This document shows, piece by piece, positions 26,265-39,822 of a stretch of 50,813 bases of DNA. The position numbers and the translations under genes were made by a program. Under the pieces are notes generated by a model. It was not told the DNA's origin, ran no database searches, and saw only the letters and a list, made by a program, of their open reading frames with translations. The stretch is from contig NC_068997.1 of the NCBI RefSeq assembly GCF_001194135.2, positions 10,906,235 through 10,957,047 of the forward strand. The letters are read 5' to 3'. Origin of the DNA: Octopus bimaculoides. Its lineage: Eukaryota. How positions within the stretch are numbered: position 1 is the stretch's first letter; each line of letters opens with the position of its first letter.

Positions 26265-27026
26265 NNNNNNNNNNNNNNNNNNNNNNNNNNNNNNNNNNNN
26301 NNNNNNNNNNNNNNNNNNNNNNNNNNNNNNNNNNNNNNNNNNNNNNNNNNNNNNNNNNNNNNNNNNNNNNNNNNNNNNNNNNNNNNNNNNNNNNNNNNNN
26401 NNNNNNNNNNNNNNNNNNNNNNNNNNNNNNNNNNNNNNNNNNNNNNNNNNNNNNNNNNNNNNNNNNNNNNNNNNNNNNNNNNNNNNNNNNNNNNNNNNNN
26501 NNNNNNNNNNNNNNNNNNNNNNNNNNNNNNNNNNNNNNNNNNNNNNNNNNNNNNNNNNNNNNNNNNNNNNNNNNNNNNNNNNNNNNNNNNNNNNNNNNNN
26601 NNNNNNNNNNNNNNNNNNNNNNNNNNNNNNNNNNNNNNNNNNNNNNNNNNNNNNNNNNNNNNNNNNNNNNNNNNNNNNNNNNNNNNNNNNNNNNNNNNNN
26701 NNNNNNNNNNNNNNNNNNNNNNNNNNNNNNNNNNNNNNNNNNNNNNNNNNNNNNNNNNNNNNNNNNNNNNNNNNNNNNNNNNNNNNNNNNNNNNNNNNNN
26801 NNNNNNNNNNNNNNNNNNNNNNNNNNNNNNNNNNNNNNNNNNNNNNNNNNNNNNNNNNNNNNNNNNNNNNNNNNNNNNNNNNNNNNNNNNNNNNNNNNNN
26901 NNNNNNNNNNNNNNNNNNNNNNNNNNNNNNNNNNNNNNNNNNNNNNNNNNNNNNNNNNNNNNNNNNNNNNNNNNNNNNNNNNNNNNNNNNNNNNNNNNNN
27001 NNNNNNNNNNNNNNNNNNNNNNNNNN

Positions 27027-27071
<45 letters not shown>

Positions 27072-27224
27072 TGTGTGTCCGCATGCATCTATTTGTTCCA
27101 TATCGCATAAGTATAATTTCATGATATATGACTCAAAAGTGTTGTAAATATATGATGCAATGTATTTATATCTTGTTAATAAATACTTAATCGTAGTCTA
27201 TTGAGTTGAAAAACAGTTTAGTGA

Positions 27225-27993
27225 ATGAAACTGGTTCTGTATTTAGTTAACGAATTATTATGCAATATTTGGATATCAACAAAGCCCATATTAATTAAAG
27301 AACTATTTACTGATGAAATATAATATATTAATATCTGTCAATCTCAACAGCTTTCACGTGATGTGTTAGTACAGTTTATGCAATTGGCTGAACGTTATTA
27401 AATGGGAACTCGATATCGCTATTGTTAACATGGAAAATCTAGAATCAGCATTAATTTTGTTGGTATATTTTCTCTTGCTTCTCTAGCTACACCGAATCTT
27501 GATTTAATGTCTTTCCATCAACATGAAGTTGATATGTCTGATCTTAATGCATTGAATGGCTTTAATGTTGACTTGAAATGAATACAACTAAGATATTCTA
27601 AATTGAAATCAAGTAAGCTGGAGTAACTATGTGTCTCTTCAACCCAACCAGGTGCAGTAGTAATCATATCCATTCTAATGTATTCGCGAAAACTTATAAG
27701 TGAGTTCGTCATATCGACATATAATATATGTTTCTATACTTCTATAAGTTCTAGATAAAGCGATATATATGCTAGACAATAGAGCAATTTAAACCGCAGC
27801 AGTCATAGTCTCTAATGTGACATTCGAAATATTTGATTTATAAATCCATTTCACAATAATGCATCGTTTTTACTTATATTTCTTTGGTTGTTTTTATATA
27901 GTTTTCTTATAAATCGCATAATCCTAGTCATTAATATTCAGATTTGTAAATTTCCACATGTGTTACGGTAAGTACATATAATATAATATAACA

Positions 27994-28031
<38 letters not shown>

Positions 28032-29480
28032 CAGTGCAAGAAAGCAATTTCAATTCAGGGCAGATTATTTGGAATGAATGTTAAACATTAAATTATGGGG
28101 AAAGTTGTTGGGAATTGTTATGTTGGACGAAATGTCTTACTTATTTATGCAAAATATGAGTAGCTTTTATAAACTGCATTAACAAGAGTTGGTTGAGACA
28201 GATAATTGAATATATATATATTGGCATCAGGGAAATTCAGTAAGGAAGCATGTATGAGGTACGATGTTATGGCATGAGGCATTTGAAATTTATTCAGAAG
28301 TGGGTGATCCTATTCTTGAGTACTTGCCTATTTAGTAAGTTCTTGAAATTGAAAAGTCACCGTGAGAGTGAAGTATATGGTTTCTGCAGCATAATATTGC
28401 TTTCAAAATATTGCTAAATCGATTTGAACTCCGAACGTGAAAATGAACTCAGAACGCGAAAGCAGACGAAATGCCGCAAAGCATTTTGCCCGGCTTGTTA
28501 TCGATTCAGCCAGCTCACTGTCTTTACACAGGGTAGGACTGATTTCAAATTTTGGCACAAGGACAGCAATTTGGTGGGAGGGGAGAACTCGATACCATCG
28601 ATTCCAGCGCTAAACTGATACTTATTTAATCGACTCCGATCAATGAAAGGAAAAGTCAGCCTCATAGAAATTGAACTCAGAACATAAACACAGACGAAAA
28701 GCCGCTAAACATTTTGTCCGGCGTTCTAACGATTCTGCCAGCATACCATCTTTACACAGGGTGATACTGATTGCGTTATTATGGTGGCGAGCTGGCAGGA
28801 TCGTTGACACGCCGGGCAAAATGCTTAGAGAACACGTTAAAATTCTATATTTGCAGAGAATATTTAGTTTATCATTGGTATATCGTTAATACTTAATTGA
28901 ATGATTCAACAAATTTGAAATGAAAGTGGTCTTGATGAAAGAACTAAATAGTTTGCACAACATATTTCCTAATACGTCAAGTAATTATGTTATACGCTAA
29001 TGAATGAATTAAATCTTGATAAAGTTAAACTAAATTAATTACCTTTGAGAAAAATAATGTTAAATATCATGATTGACAAGGTAATTGAAGTGACCAATTT
29101 TATAAAAATTGTAATAAATATTTAATTAGACCCAATATTAATCAATTTGCATATATAATTTGAACTTTCAGTCGGAGGGAAATAACATAGATTATTGTAC
29201 TTTCAAATATGACATATCGAAAATATCAATGTATTTTATATCATATTCTGTGTACAGCATTATTGCAATGGTTTAGCAGAGGAACAACAGGGATGATGAC
29301 CACTTTTCCGAACATAGTTTACGCTTCGTAAAATTAACCTCTGGGCCATAGTGACGCGAATGCATGCAAATAAACAGATTCCTCAAAATACTATCAAAGG
29401 CGAACGCGTAACATTACGTTTGCTGTTAGTCCCATTGATCTAACAAACTATTTCACGTACAAGTTTTAAATTGACAGACG
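27225..29480 (+). pseudogene. Decayed LRR receptor with two cysteine-cap-like segments (copy H)
   Basis: Signal-like MKLVLYLVNELLCNIWIS (27225). LRRs PNLDLMSFHQHEV..25 aa..DLK*IQLRYSKL (27492-27605) and IHSNVFAKTYK*VRHIDI (~27668). Cap-like FGMNVKH*IMGKVVGNCY (~28068) and SLRFVKLTSGP**RECMQINRFLKIL (~29314). Confidence 0.7.
28420..28830. mobile_element. SINE family 2 cluster: partial (-), full (-), then a short head (+)
   Basis: Minus copies at 28420-28520 and 28540-28752 each end next to CTTTACACAGGGT..ACTGATT. A plus-strand head GGCGAGCTGGCAGGATCGTT lies at ~28785-28830. Confidence 0.8.
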
Positions 29481-29499
29481 TTCAAAGCAAAAGTACACT

Positions 29500-29830
29500 G
29501 GACTCGAAGATCCACTCCGGTCACGAATAACCATGGGATTGCACCTAGAAAGTTACCTTCCAAGGCACAAGTCTGGGCAAGGTTGTTTATGGAAGACCAG
29601 CAGTTGCTCATGTACATCAGCCTCCCCTCTCCACGCCACCGATGTTATCTAAGAGAAAGACAAAGGCCGATACAGTTTGGCATCAGTGACGTTGCAACTA
29701 ATTTTTACAGCTGAGTGAACTGGAGCAACGTGAAATAAAGAACAAAACACGAGCCTGGTCCGGGATCGGAACACACAACCTCACGGTCGTAAGAGCGACG
29801 TTCTAACCACTGAGCCATGCGCCTTCACAC
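29500..29830 (-). mobile_element. tRNA-derived SINE family 3a
   Basis: rc head GTGAAGGCGCATGGCTCAGTGGTTAGA (A box) and core CTTTATTTCACGTTGCTCCAGTTCACTCAGCTG. Confidence 0.8.
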
Positions 29831-30225
29831 ACTGGACTAATGCTTATAAAACTATTGATTTCACTAACAGTATTTTATATATAATTAGAAATTTGTTAGT
29901 CGCTCTGCGCACTTTCTTCACGTGCCATTGGATCGCTACTCAGGATAAAATAGTTAAGTAACAAAACTCCTCTGCTTTCCTTTCGATGCTGGGACGTGAT
30001 GTTATCTGACGTACCTAGCTACAAAGCTATATCGTTGTATATTGCATTACTCTTCTTTCCTTATTCATAATGTATCACATGGACTTTTTCCATGGATAAA
30101 TATCGGTATCATCCTGCAGTAACACACATTGATCTTTATTTAGAGAAATAAGAAATAATGAACACCCATCTATTTCCTTCATATTTAGTGATATTTTGAG
30201 CTGTAAATATCAAGTGCTTGCCAAA

Positions 30226-31738
30226 ATGAAAAGCAAAAGTGTCATCTTGATTTAAAGCATCTTCCTTATATCAATAACCGTATATGGTTTTCCTGAATGG
30301 CTTGTGCAACAATCTTAAAATTTATAACAACCACTTGAAGCCCTCGTCCATGTTTAGGATAAAGGATCTAGGTGCGTCATAAGAGGTGGTTTCCTACTTA
30401 ATCGCTATTGCTAAGAAATATAACATACACACATTTTACTCGCAGTAATTACAAAAAAATAAAATTGTTTTTCGTAAAATATCAAGCGACGAATTAAGAA
30501 AATTTCTGTGTTAAATGTAAGGAAGATGAATTTTAGATGTTAACGAAGATGAACTTTGGCAATTTATTGGAAGAATTTAAGAAAGATTCTATCATCAGAA
30601 TTCAACTGAATGAATTGACCTAATTTACAAACTTTATACGATTAACTTTTGATGTATAATTGCAATAACCCATAGATGTTTACAGTTTTGTCGGTCATTA
30701 AATAGAATTATAACATTCTATTTAAATATTTCACAATGTGCATCACCTTTTTAAAAAGAGCGGGGCTATAATAGAGGCTTTAGCGGCAATGAGGTGGAAC
30801 ATAGATTGATTTCCAGTTTGATTCAGACTATAAACTACTCATTTCATAATTTTTCCAGTGGTATTATTGATTATGAAACTTTCTTCAGTTATACACGTAG
30901 TTGCACAAGAATAGACTAAAGTCATCGGGCTCATAAAAGATCATATACATAATTGCTATCACTTTCCAAGTTTTAATGAGATAAATGCAGATTTGGACGC
31001 ACATTCAGAAGTGTTCACAGAGTGTTGAGCAGCAATCGTGGCGTCGACATTTTGACATCCGGTGCGACACATCATGATACCGGCAAAACAATTTCTTGTA
31101 CTCAAATAACTTCCAGTACTTCATGTCAGCTTTATCGCAGCTGCAGTTTCAGGCGTTATACCTTGCAAAACTCGTTACTTTTAGCCCGTTCACCCTATAT
31201 ATATATATATGTATANNNNNNNNNNNNNNNNNNNNNNNNNNNNNNNNNNNNNNNNNNNNNNNNNNNNNNNNNNNNNNNNNNNNNNNNNNNNNNNNNNNNN
31301 NNNNNNNNNNNNNNNNNNNNNNNNNNNNNNNNNNNNNNNNNNNNNNNNNNNNNNNNNNNNNNNNNNNNNNNNNNNNNNNNNNNNNNNNNNNNNNNNNNNN
31401 NNNNNNNNNNNNNNNNNNNNNNNNNNNNNNNNNNNNNNNNNNNNNNNNNNNNNNNNNNNNNNNNNNNNNNNNNNNNNNNNNNNNNNNNNNNNNNNNNNNN
31501 NNNNNNNNNNNNNNNNNNNNNNNNNNNNNNNNNNNNNNNNNNNNNNNNNNNNNNNNNNNNNNNNNNNNNNNNNNNNNNNNNNNNNNNNNNNNNNNNNNNN
31601 NNNNNNNNNNNNNNNNNNNNNNNNNNNNNNNNNNNNNNNNNNNNNNNNNNNNNNNNNNNNNNNNNNNNNNNNNNNNNNNNNNNNNNNNNNNNNNNNNNNN
31701 NNNNNNNNNNNNNNNNNNNNNNNNNNNNNNNNNNNNNN

Positions 31739-31770
<32 letters not shown>

Positions 31771-32781
31771 CGCATACGCATAAACATTATTCTCATCCTT
31801 GCTACCCATGTTTTCGGGCATATCCTTCCGGCTAATTTAACATGTACAACCGTTAATCCAGCCACGTCTTTCTCTTGATATTCTCCTCTTTCCCTCTATT
31901 TTCTCCTACACATAATCACCAATATCGAGAATATTATTTCAATAAACACCTTAATCGATACAGGTATATGTAACAGATTCGTTGTCATCTATTGCAAAAT
32001 TCTTCTTTTCATATTTACTTATCCTGCAAGATGACATACGCTAAGCGAAATGAAATCTTATTTTCAGTGCTTGACCAGGGTTTCTTGCAAGGTCTTTGTA
32101 ACAAATGAGTCGCATTGAGAAGGCAGAGACAAATCTGAGTATATATTAAAAATTGCGTTATGTCCAGTTTCGCAACAGCAAACAAATATTTATATTTACT
32201 GACTCAGCAGGTATCAACACTCCACTGTTTTATATATGACTTTATTTACAGTAATCCTACATAAGCTTCATGTCATATATAAGCTTTAGATCACAAGTAA
32301 GCGAAACCGCCAGAAGCAGAGCATTTACATGCCCTGAAAGTAGAAATTAATATTAAATACCTAATATGAAATAAATGTTTTACAGTAAACATACGTCTAT
32401 ATTCTTCTCATATCTAAGAATGTTTCAAATATTCTGATATACATTAAGAATTTGGCGTATGCATTACCTTTCATATATTAGTTCAGTTCAAGTTGGCTAC
32501 AACTAACATGCCAAAAATAAATAAACTATATATGAAAATCTAATGAAATATACAATTCTTTCTGAGGCATAAAACTGAATATCATTTCAAGTGCAATTCA
32601 TATCTGATATTGTTTCGCTTCACAGGCCTTTAAACCAAAAATAACTCACAAATTGGCCTACCTTCCGGAACATTCGCCATCTTAGTCTTTCCTAACTGTC
32701 TCATCTTCTGTCTCATGATTTCCCCCTCCGGCCTCTCTTCCTCGCTTTTTCTCTTTCCCAATATATATTTATGAATATGTA

Positions 32782-32819
<38 letters not shown>

Positions 32820-32837
32820 GTGTGTGTGTGTGCGTGA

Positions 32838-32868
<31 letters not shown>

Positions 32869-33700
32869 TGTGTGTACACACAAACACACAAGCACACACA
32901 CATGCACACAAAAATTTATATTTTGAAAACAATGCGAAAAAACATTCTAATCACTGTTATAACAACTACAAATGTGTTTTAGTGTGTGTGTATATATCTA
33001 TGTATTTATCAACCTGTCTATACGTTTATTTATCTATCTATTTATGTATATATGTGTATATATATGTATTTGAGTGTATAGGCATGCTGTCAACAGGTGT
33101 GCGTAGCTTCCACTGGTTAAGTGACAGTCAAAAAGAAATCTGGAACATCTATATTGTAAGAATATGTTTGAAGTGTGGTAGGAGTGTCGCGGTGCTAATG
33201 GACTTAGGAAATCAGGTAACATATAGATATAAATATAAATAAAAAACAAAATCAGCGAAAGGAAGCGCTGCATGCTGAATTAAGATCGAAGTAAGATAAG
33301 TATATATTTAAAGAAATTTAAATAAAAAATAAAATAAACAAAACAATTTCTCGTGATATACTAGAACTTAGTCCAGAGAAAAAAAAATGAAGGCGAGTGG
33401 CTATTTATTTTTTATTACCATAGAAGCGGGGTTGATGAAATAAGGAACCTGGAATAGTCGGAGAATTCTGATATCACTGGGCAGAAATTATTATGTGATA
33501 CAGCGATAGCCACAGAAGATATATATTCAAAAACGAAAATAGATAAAATGAAGATTATAAAAAATATTACTGTATCGATATAATAATGTTGGTAAAGAAA
33601 TGTTATACACGGAGGCATGTGACAGTAGTGTGAAATTGGTGTTATCTATTTAGGGGTAGACCAGGGTTTTAAAAAATTCTTGCAGTTCCAAGAAAATAAT
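30226..33700 (+). pseudogene. Decayed LRR-LRRCT receptor (copy I)
   Basis: Signal peptide MKSKSVILI*SIFLISITVYG (30226). LRRs RGFSGNEVEHRLI (~30774), IIDYETFFSYTRSCTRID*SH (~30863), FLYSNNFQYFMSALSQLQFQALYL (~31093), SVLDQGFLQGLCN (~32064) and LYLQ*SYISFMSYISF (~32240). LRRCT DITGQKLLCD (~33470) and GKEMLYTEAC (~33591). Confidence 0.7.
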
Positions 33701-34250
33701 CTTTTGAAAGTCTGTTGATTGGAGTGACCTTGGATTCTAGAGATTCAAATCCTCTCCTAAATAGAGTTCATGTGTATATTTATATCCATTTCGACATAGT
33801 GAATATCATTAGTTTTAGAGACGGTATGGTATATATTTTCTTATGAGCCAACAAATGTGCTTCAAGGTGAAAAAAAGAAAAAAAAACAGAATTCTTCTGG
33901 AGTCATGCATGCTAATTGCACCTCACTTAAAAATTGCTTCCAGTGAAAGAGATACGATTCATGTCAAAGTTTGCAGTAATGGCTTCATTAGTAGACCTTG
34001 CAACTGCCTCACTTTCTTCTCCGTCTTCTCTTCTTTCTGTCACACCATATAATAGCTCACGTTCTTAATAGGATGCATTGTCGAATCCTTTCTGCATATA
34101 TATATATATCGGTGAATGATGGACAAGCGAAAGTAAAGGGCACTCAGCGCAGTTAATAGGAGTTACATGTATTATTTAAAGCAGTTTGATATGGTTTCCA
34201 TGCTACGTCAACGTTTGTAGGACTCTAACGTGGGTTCGTCTCCTTCGGGC

Positions 34251-34282
<32 letters not shown>

Positions 34283-34287
<5 letters not shown>

Positions 34288-34477
34288 TGACCGTTGACTG
34301 AACACTATTCAATTTTTTTTCTCCGTGTTTTTCTCCTTGTCTCCGTATTCTTTTGTTGAAGAGCGTAGCTCGAAACGTCAAAGACTTTCCGTATTCCCGA
34401 GCGTCATACTAATATATACTTTTGTTATTTACACCACCTGTCCTCGTCTGTTGTTATTATTTGTATATTCTCCCATA
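34283..34477 (+). mobile_element. Probable Penelope-like element terminal fragment
   Basis: TGAAGAGCGTAGCTCGAAACGTC is the TGAxGA..CGAAACG motif type typical of PLE pseudo-LTRs. It is flanked by (TA)n and (TATG)n. The family call is inferred from the motif only. Confidence 0.5.
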
Positions 34478-35873
34478 TATATATATATATATATGTATGC
34501 ATGTATGTATGTATGTATGTATGTATGCGTGCATGTTCGGAGGACAGTTACGGCTTTAGATTTTGCAAAACCTCATCACGATTTCAGCTGTACATACATT
34601 TGAAGATGACCTCATTAGTTAAAAATGTCATATGCCACCATAGATGTAACAAATTCCAACACAAATCACAAATATTTCATGAGTTCTTTAAGAAATCTAC
34701 AAACAGGCTTATAAAAGCAGATTAAATATAAACTGTTTATGAGGGAGATAATCACACATATAAGAAACTGGTAGTCGATAACATAATCAAAACATAATAA
34801 AAAGAATCCTACTACATATGATTTAATCAAAGTTGAAGCAGCAGAAAACCTAACTATGAAACCAAAATCGAATGTAGAGTAGAACCTTTTACTCCATGAA
34901 AATCTTTTGCAACCCTCACAAACACAATTTTGCTCAGAGCCGTTGATGTACATTCACAAATCCTACGAGAGGCAAAATAGTTTGCATTATCAGCAAATAT
35001 GTACTAGAGAAGTACATACAACGCATCAGAGCCTCCTCAAACATTACTCAATTAATATTTTGCAGTGCAACCATTGGACGGTTGAAGGTAAGCTGAAATG
35101 CAAATTCGTGGAAGCGAGCGCGTATTCTATTTGCAAGAGGTTGGAAGATATCTATACCGAAGAAATAATAAATGGCCTACATTTAGTACTTTTAATGCGT
35201 TCTGGTATATTTTTGTCACCAACTGAAGATACAGCGCTGTATACAGTGTATTCACCAGAAAAGTTTATAAGCTGTTCTGGTTTTATTTTGACCTACGTTT
35301 AATGTTATTTATGCGTGTAGAATTTCAAATGCCTAGAATCTATTAACTAAATTCGAGTGAAATTACACACCAATATCTTACGTATAATAATCCCGTAGTG
35401 GATATGAATGACCAGTTTATAGACATTTTTTAAAGGGAAAAAAATAATCTTTCTCCTGCAGCTCGAGAATTTACGAAAATTTGAGATAAGAGAATTGTGG
35501 AAAAATTACATTTGCGTATATATTGTTATCGTTCACCGTCAAAATTGAAATTCTTCGCCGATATACTGTCATGTAATTTTTTTGTTTACTGATATTTGTA
35601 AAACCAATGAGGTTAGTGAAAGACAAACAAAATTGAAAAACACTCACATACGTTTTTTTTCCATATTGTTTAGATATTTCCATAGGGATTCACAGTATCT
35701 AATATAATATACAGATATGATGCAGAAATAAAACCCAACAACAAAAAATGAAAATTAACTTTTATGCACTATACATAAGAATTTAAAATATTGCCAAGAA
35801 TTTGAGGAAGTGATATATATATATATACATACGTATATGTATAGATAGAAATATATACGTATGTATATATATA

Positions 35874-35916
<43 letters not shown>

Positions 35917-36454
35917 TTAGCAGAGATAACTGAGTAACCCAAAGTCAGAGGATTTCGTGCGTTGACACTTATCAAACGCACAAAACATTCAGACCTTGAG
36001 TCACTCTGACGCTTCTGCTAAATCTTTATTAAACGTATACATATTTTCATATCTTGAGTTCTATTTATCCTGTTTGCCTCACCATACCTGTTTATATACA
36101 TACATACATACATACATATATACATACATGTGTGTGTGTGTGTGCGTGCGTGCGTGTGAGCGTGCGTGTGTGTGTGTGGGTATGTGTGTGTATGTGTGTG
36201 TGTGATGGTTCGCCATAATATGCGACGCCCCTTTTTAGCTATTTTTCATCATTTGAAAGTGTCTTGTTCGTATATTTTGTCAACACTTTTGTGTTTAACT
36301 GTTCTTTTGTACGAACCAATTATCCAGTATATCCCCCTCAGTACTTCGTTCTCCATCTCATATATGCCTTTTGTCTAAATTTCCACACACTCTTTATTCT
36401 GTACATACATTATAGATCGCTCTTTATCTTTTATAGCCTTTGCGTATATATCTA

Positions 36455-36833
36455 TCTTTTCTCTTTTACTTTGAGTGCGGCCTTTTTGCGACACCCCCTT
36501 CAATAGTTTTAGTTGAACAAATCAACTCCAGGACTTATTTATTTACAACTTGGTATTTATTCTGTCCGTTTCTTTTGCCGAGCTGCTCAGTTACGAGGGT
36601 GTATATATATATATACAAACACCGGTCGCTTGTTAAACGGTGGTGCGAAACAAACACAGACACCCATAAATATATACGGCAGGCGTCTTTTAGTTTTCGT
36701 CTACCGAATCCACTCACAAGCCTTTGATTGGACCGAGACTATAATAGAAGACACGTGCCCAAGGTGTTGCGCAGTAGTCTTGACCCCTGACCTTTTGGTT
36801 GGGAAGCAATCTTCTTACCACACAGCCATACGC
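36455..36833 (-). mobile_element. tRNA-derived SINE family 1, near full length (head + internal microsatellite + tail)
   Basis: Head (rc) GCGTATGGCTGTGTGGTAAGAAG...CTTGGGCACGTGTCTTCTA, an internal (TA)n/(TG) segment, and a tail matching 26010-26218 and 6470-6605. Confidence 0.85.
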
Positions 36834-37499
36834 TTATATCTTTACAGCGTATTGCTCTTAGCATTTCATGAACCCTTCATTTCAAATCATACAGCTCACG
36901 TACTCTCCCCAAGAACCATTTCTTTCTCTTTCACGTCACCTTCGTTTTGTTATAACACCTTTCATTCTTTCCTTCGTTTGCTTTCACTAACACCCACCAC
37001 GTACAAATTTATTATTTTCATATACCTGTTTCTTCTTTTTTTATATTTACAATTATATTTTCGACTCACTCCATCTTGTTCCCTAATTGCTAAAATGATT
37101 TCTCTGAAATAGTTCTTAGCAGCCGAAATGACCAGTAACATTCTTTCAGAAAAGTGTACTCTTTTATATACCTTTATTTCTGTCGATATTATTTTTTTGT
37201 TATTTGTGAATTTTCTCATCGATCGTTCTGCTTATCCAAAAGGCTTCTTCAGATCTGAAACCTGACAACCCCTGTCTCCTGAAGATTTAATTTTTATTTG
37301 ATTAGAAGCCAACTGATTCGCCCTGCATTATTTACAACCATCGTATCGTTCTAACAGTTCATTGCTATTTGATGGTAGGTAATGTGATACTCGGAATAAG
37401 GGTTTAACAAGTTCTTCTGCTTCAATAATTATCTGTAGTTTACTTTATCTATATTGTTCTAATGCTATTTCCTCCAACGTCTTTTGCACGTATATGTTC

Positions 37500-37725
37500 C
37501 TACTGGCACACACGCTAATATACACGCGCGCGCACACACGAACACACACATATATACGATGTTTGTGCGAGTGTGTGTGCATACGTATATGTGTTTTTGT
37601 GTACCCGCATATATGCACGCATATTTACATATGCATGCAGGCATACATGCACACACACATACACACACACGCGCACACACACATACAAACACACACACAG
37701 AAGCATGTATATTAGTATGTATGCA

Positions 37726-37772
<47 letters not shown>

Positions 37773-37918
37773 ATGTCTATCTATTTATATATCTATCTAT
37801 GTACCTGTCTGTCTATTTATATACCTATTTCTCTCTCCCTTTATCTATCTATTTATCTATCTATCTATCAGTGTGTGTGTACGCGTGTATGTATGTGCCT
37901 TTCTCTCTGTCTGTCTAT

Positions 37919-37988
<70 letters not shown>

Positions 37989-38010
37989 TATATAACTCTA
38001 CATATGTATG
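37500..38010. repeat. Compound low-complexity block: (CA)/(TG), (TCTA)n, (CA)n(TA)n
   Basis: Directly visible. Confidence 0.95.
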
Positions 38011-38752
38011 TTTGCATAAGTACGCACAGGAAATTGCCTACAGGATCAGAGTATGCTTAGCGGTTTAATATACTTAGGCAAATTATTTGATATGGAATAG
38101 GCAGAAACCCCAGCTGAGAAATATTTCGCGCGCACGCTAACACCCTCATACATACATACATAAATAAATACATATACACGTATATATGTGTGTATATGTG
38201 TCTATCTATATATTGGTATATGTGTTCGTCTATGTGAATATGTATGTAAACGTATCACGCAGAAGTAATCGAGACTGCACGAAATGATTTGTTAGAAAAC
38301 ATAATACATTTAGAGATAATCGTGTATTCTCACATTTTCTATGGTGTAGTGTACAAGAAAAATATTTGCATGAATCTCTTTCAACAATAGATATCAGAAC
38401 AATTTAGTTTCCTTAGTGAATAATGTTTGTTCGGTGTTCGAGAAGAAAACATTTTCATGACATAAAGTAGAATGTATAGTGTTATGAATAGCTCGTTGGC
38501 TAAGAACCTTTCAACGATGTGTAGCCTGCTTAGAACGCTTCAGGCTTTAACTAGACTCTTAAAACATTGAAAACTATGACTTGAGTAGACAAGTAATTTT
38601 AATGAATGTGTAGTATGGGTTACGTGGTTCACTAATAATAGAAACGGGGAGTGTGGGAATATAGCGCTTAGGATTTGATAAGTTCTGTCAAACCGAATCG
38701 CCTGGCTGTTCGTAAAGGTATCAATATTTCAAGTTCCTCTCATCATTTCATT

Positions 38753-38753
38753 T

Positions 38754-38845
<92 letters not shown>

Positions 38846-38870
38846 CTTACCTATCTATTTATCTATCTAA
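38753..38870. repeat. (TCTA)n
   Basis: Directly visible. Confidence 0.95.
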
Positions 38871-39604
38871 CGATCTGTCTGTCTCTCTAAGTCTCTGTTC
38901 GTATACGTATATATTAATGTTACTAAATGTATGTGCTCACAGACACAACAAAAGCATAGGCAGTTACATTGTGTGAAGGNNNNNNNNNNNNNNNNNNNNN
39001 NNNNNNNNNNNNNNNNNNNNNNNNNNNNNNNNNNNNNNNNNNNNNNNNNNNNNNNNNNNNNNNNNNNNNNNNNNNNNNNNNNNNNNNNNNNNNNNNNNNN
39101 NNNNNNNNNNNNNNNNNNNNNNNNNNNNNNNNNNNNNNNNNNNNNNNNNNNNNNNNNNNNNNNNNNNNNNNNNNNNNNNNNNNNNNNNNNNNNNNNNNNN
39201 NNNNNNNNNNNNNNNNNNNNNNNNNNNNNNNNNNNNNNNNNNNNNNNNNNNNNNNNNNNNNNNNNNNNNNNNNNNNNNNNNNNNNNNNNNNNNNNNNNNN
39301 NNNNNNNNNNNNNNNNNNNNNNNNNNNNNNNNNNNNNNNNNNNNNNNNNNNNNNNNNNNNNNNNNNNNNNNNNNNNNNNNNNNNNNNNNNNNNNNNNNNN
39401 NNNNNNNNNNNNNNNNNNNNNNNNNNNNNNNNNNNNNNNNNNNNNNNNNNNNNNNNNNNNNNNNNNNNNNNNNNNNNNNNNNNNNNTATATATATATATA
39501 TATCATATAACAGAACGTAAAGATTTTTTTTTGTCCCGATCATTCTTCTTTTATTATAGATTTTGCGAATCTATTATCTCATTACAAATCTCAAGGAGAG
39601 ACAT

Positions 39605-39822
39605 ATTGGTTTCAAACTTTAGAATAAGACTAGCAATTTCGAGGGAGGGGCTAAGTCGATTGCATCGACCACAGTTTTCGACTAATGCTTATTTTAGCGA
39701 GCTGGAAAGGATGAAAGGCAAAGGCGACCTCGGCGGAATTTCAACTCAGAGCTTAAAGACTGATGAAATGCCACTAAGCATTTTGTCCAACCTGCTAGCG
39801 ATTCTGCTAGCTCACCGCCTTC
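39605..39822 (-). mobile_element. SINE family 2, full length
   Basis: GAAAGGATGAAAGGCAAAGGCGACCTCGGCGGAATTTCAACTCAGA...GCTCACCGCCTT. Confidence 0.85.

Noticed and set aside
27487-27612. Symmetric 126-nt exon-like unit with one in-frame TGA that A-to-I editing could read as Trp
   Set aside because: The flanks carry more stops and frameshifts of the same LRR pseudogene, so ordinary TGG-to-TGA decay is simpler. Editing rescue is unsupported.
34994-35548. Two phase-compatible candidate exons spelling KYVLEKYIQRIRASSNITQLIFCSATIGRLK / LENLRKF, resembling HELQ helicase motif III
   Set aside because: No DExH motifs I, II or IV were found nearby, and the second exon hits a stop. The same DNA is explained by LRR/LRRCT motifs in another frame.
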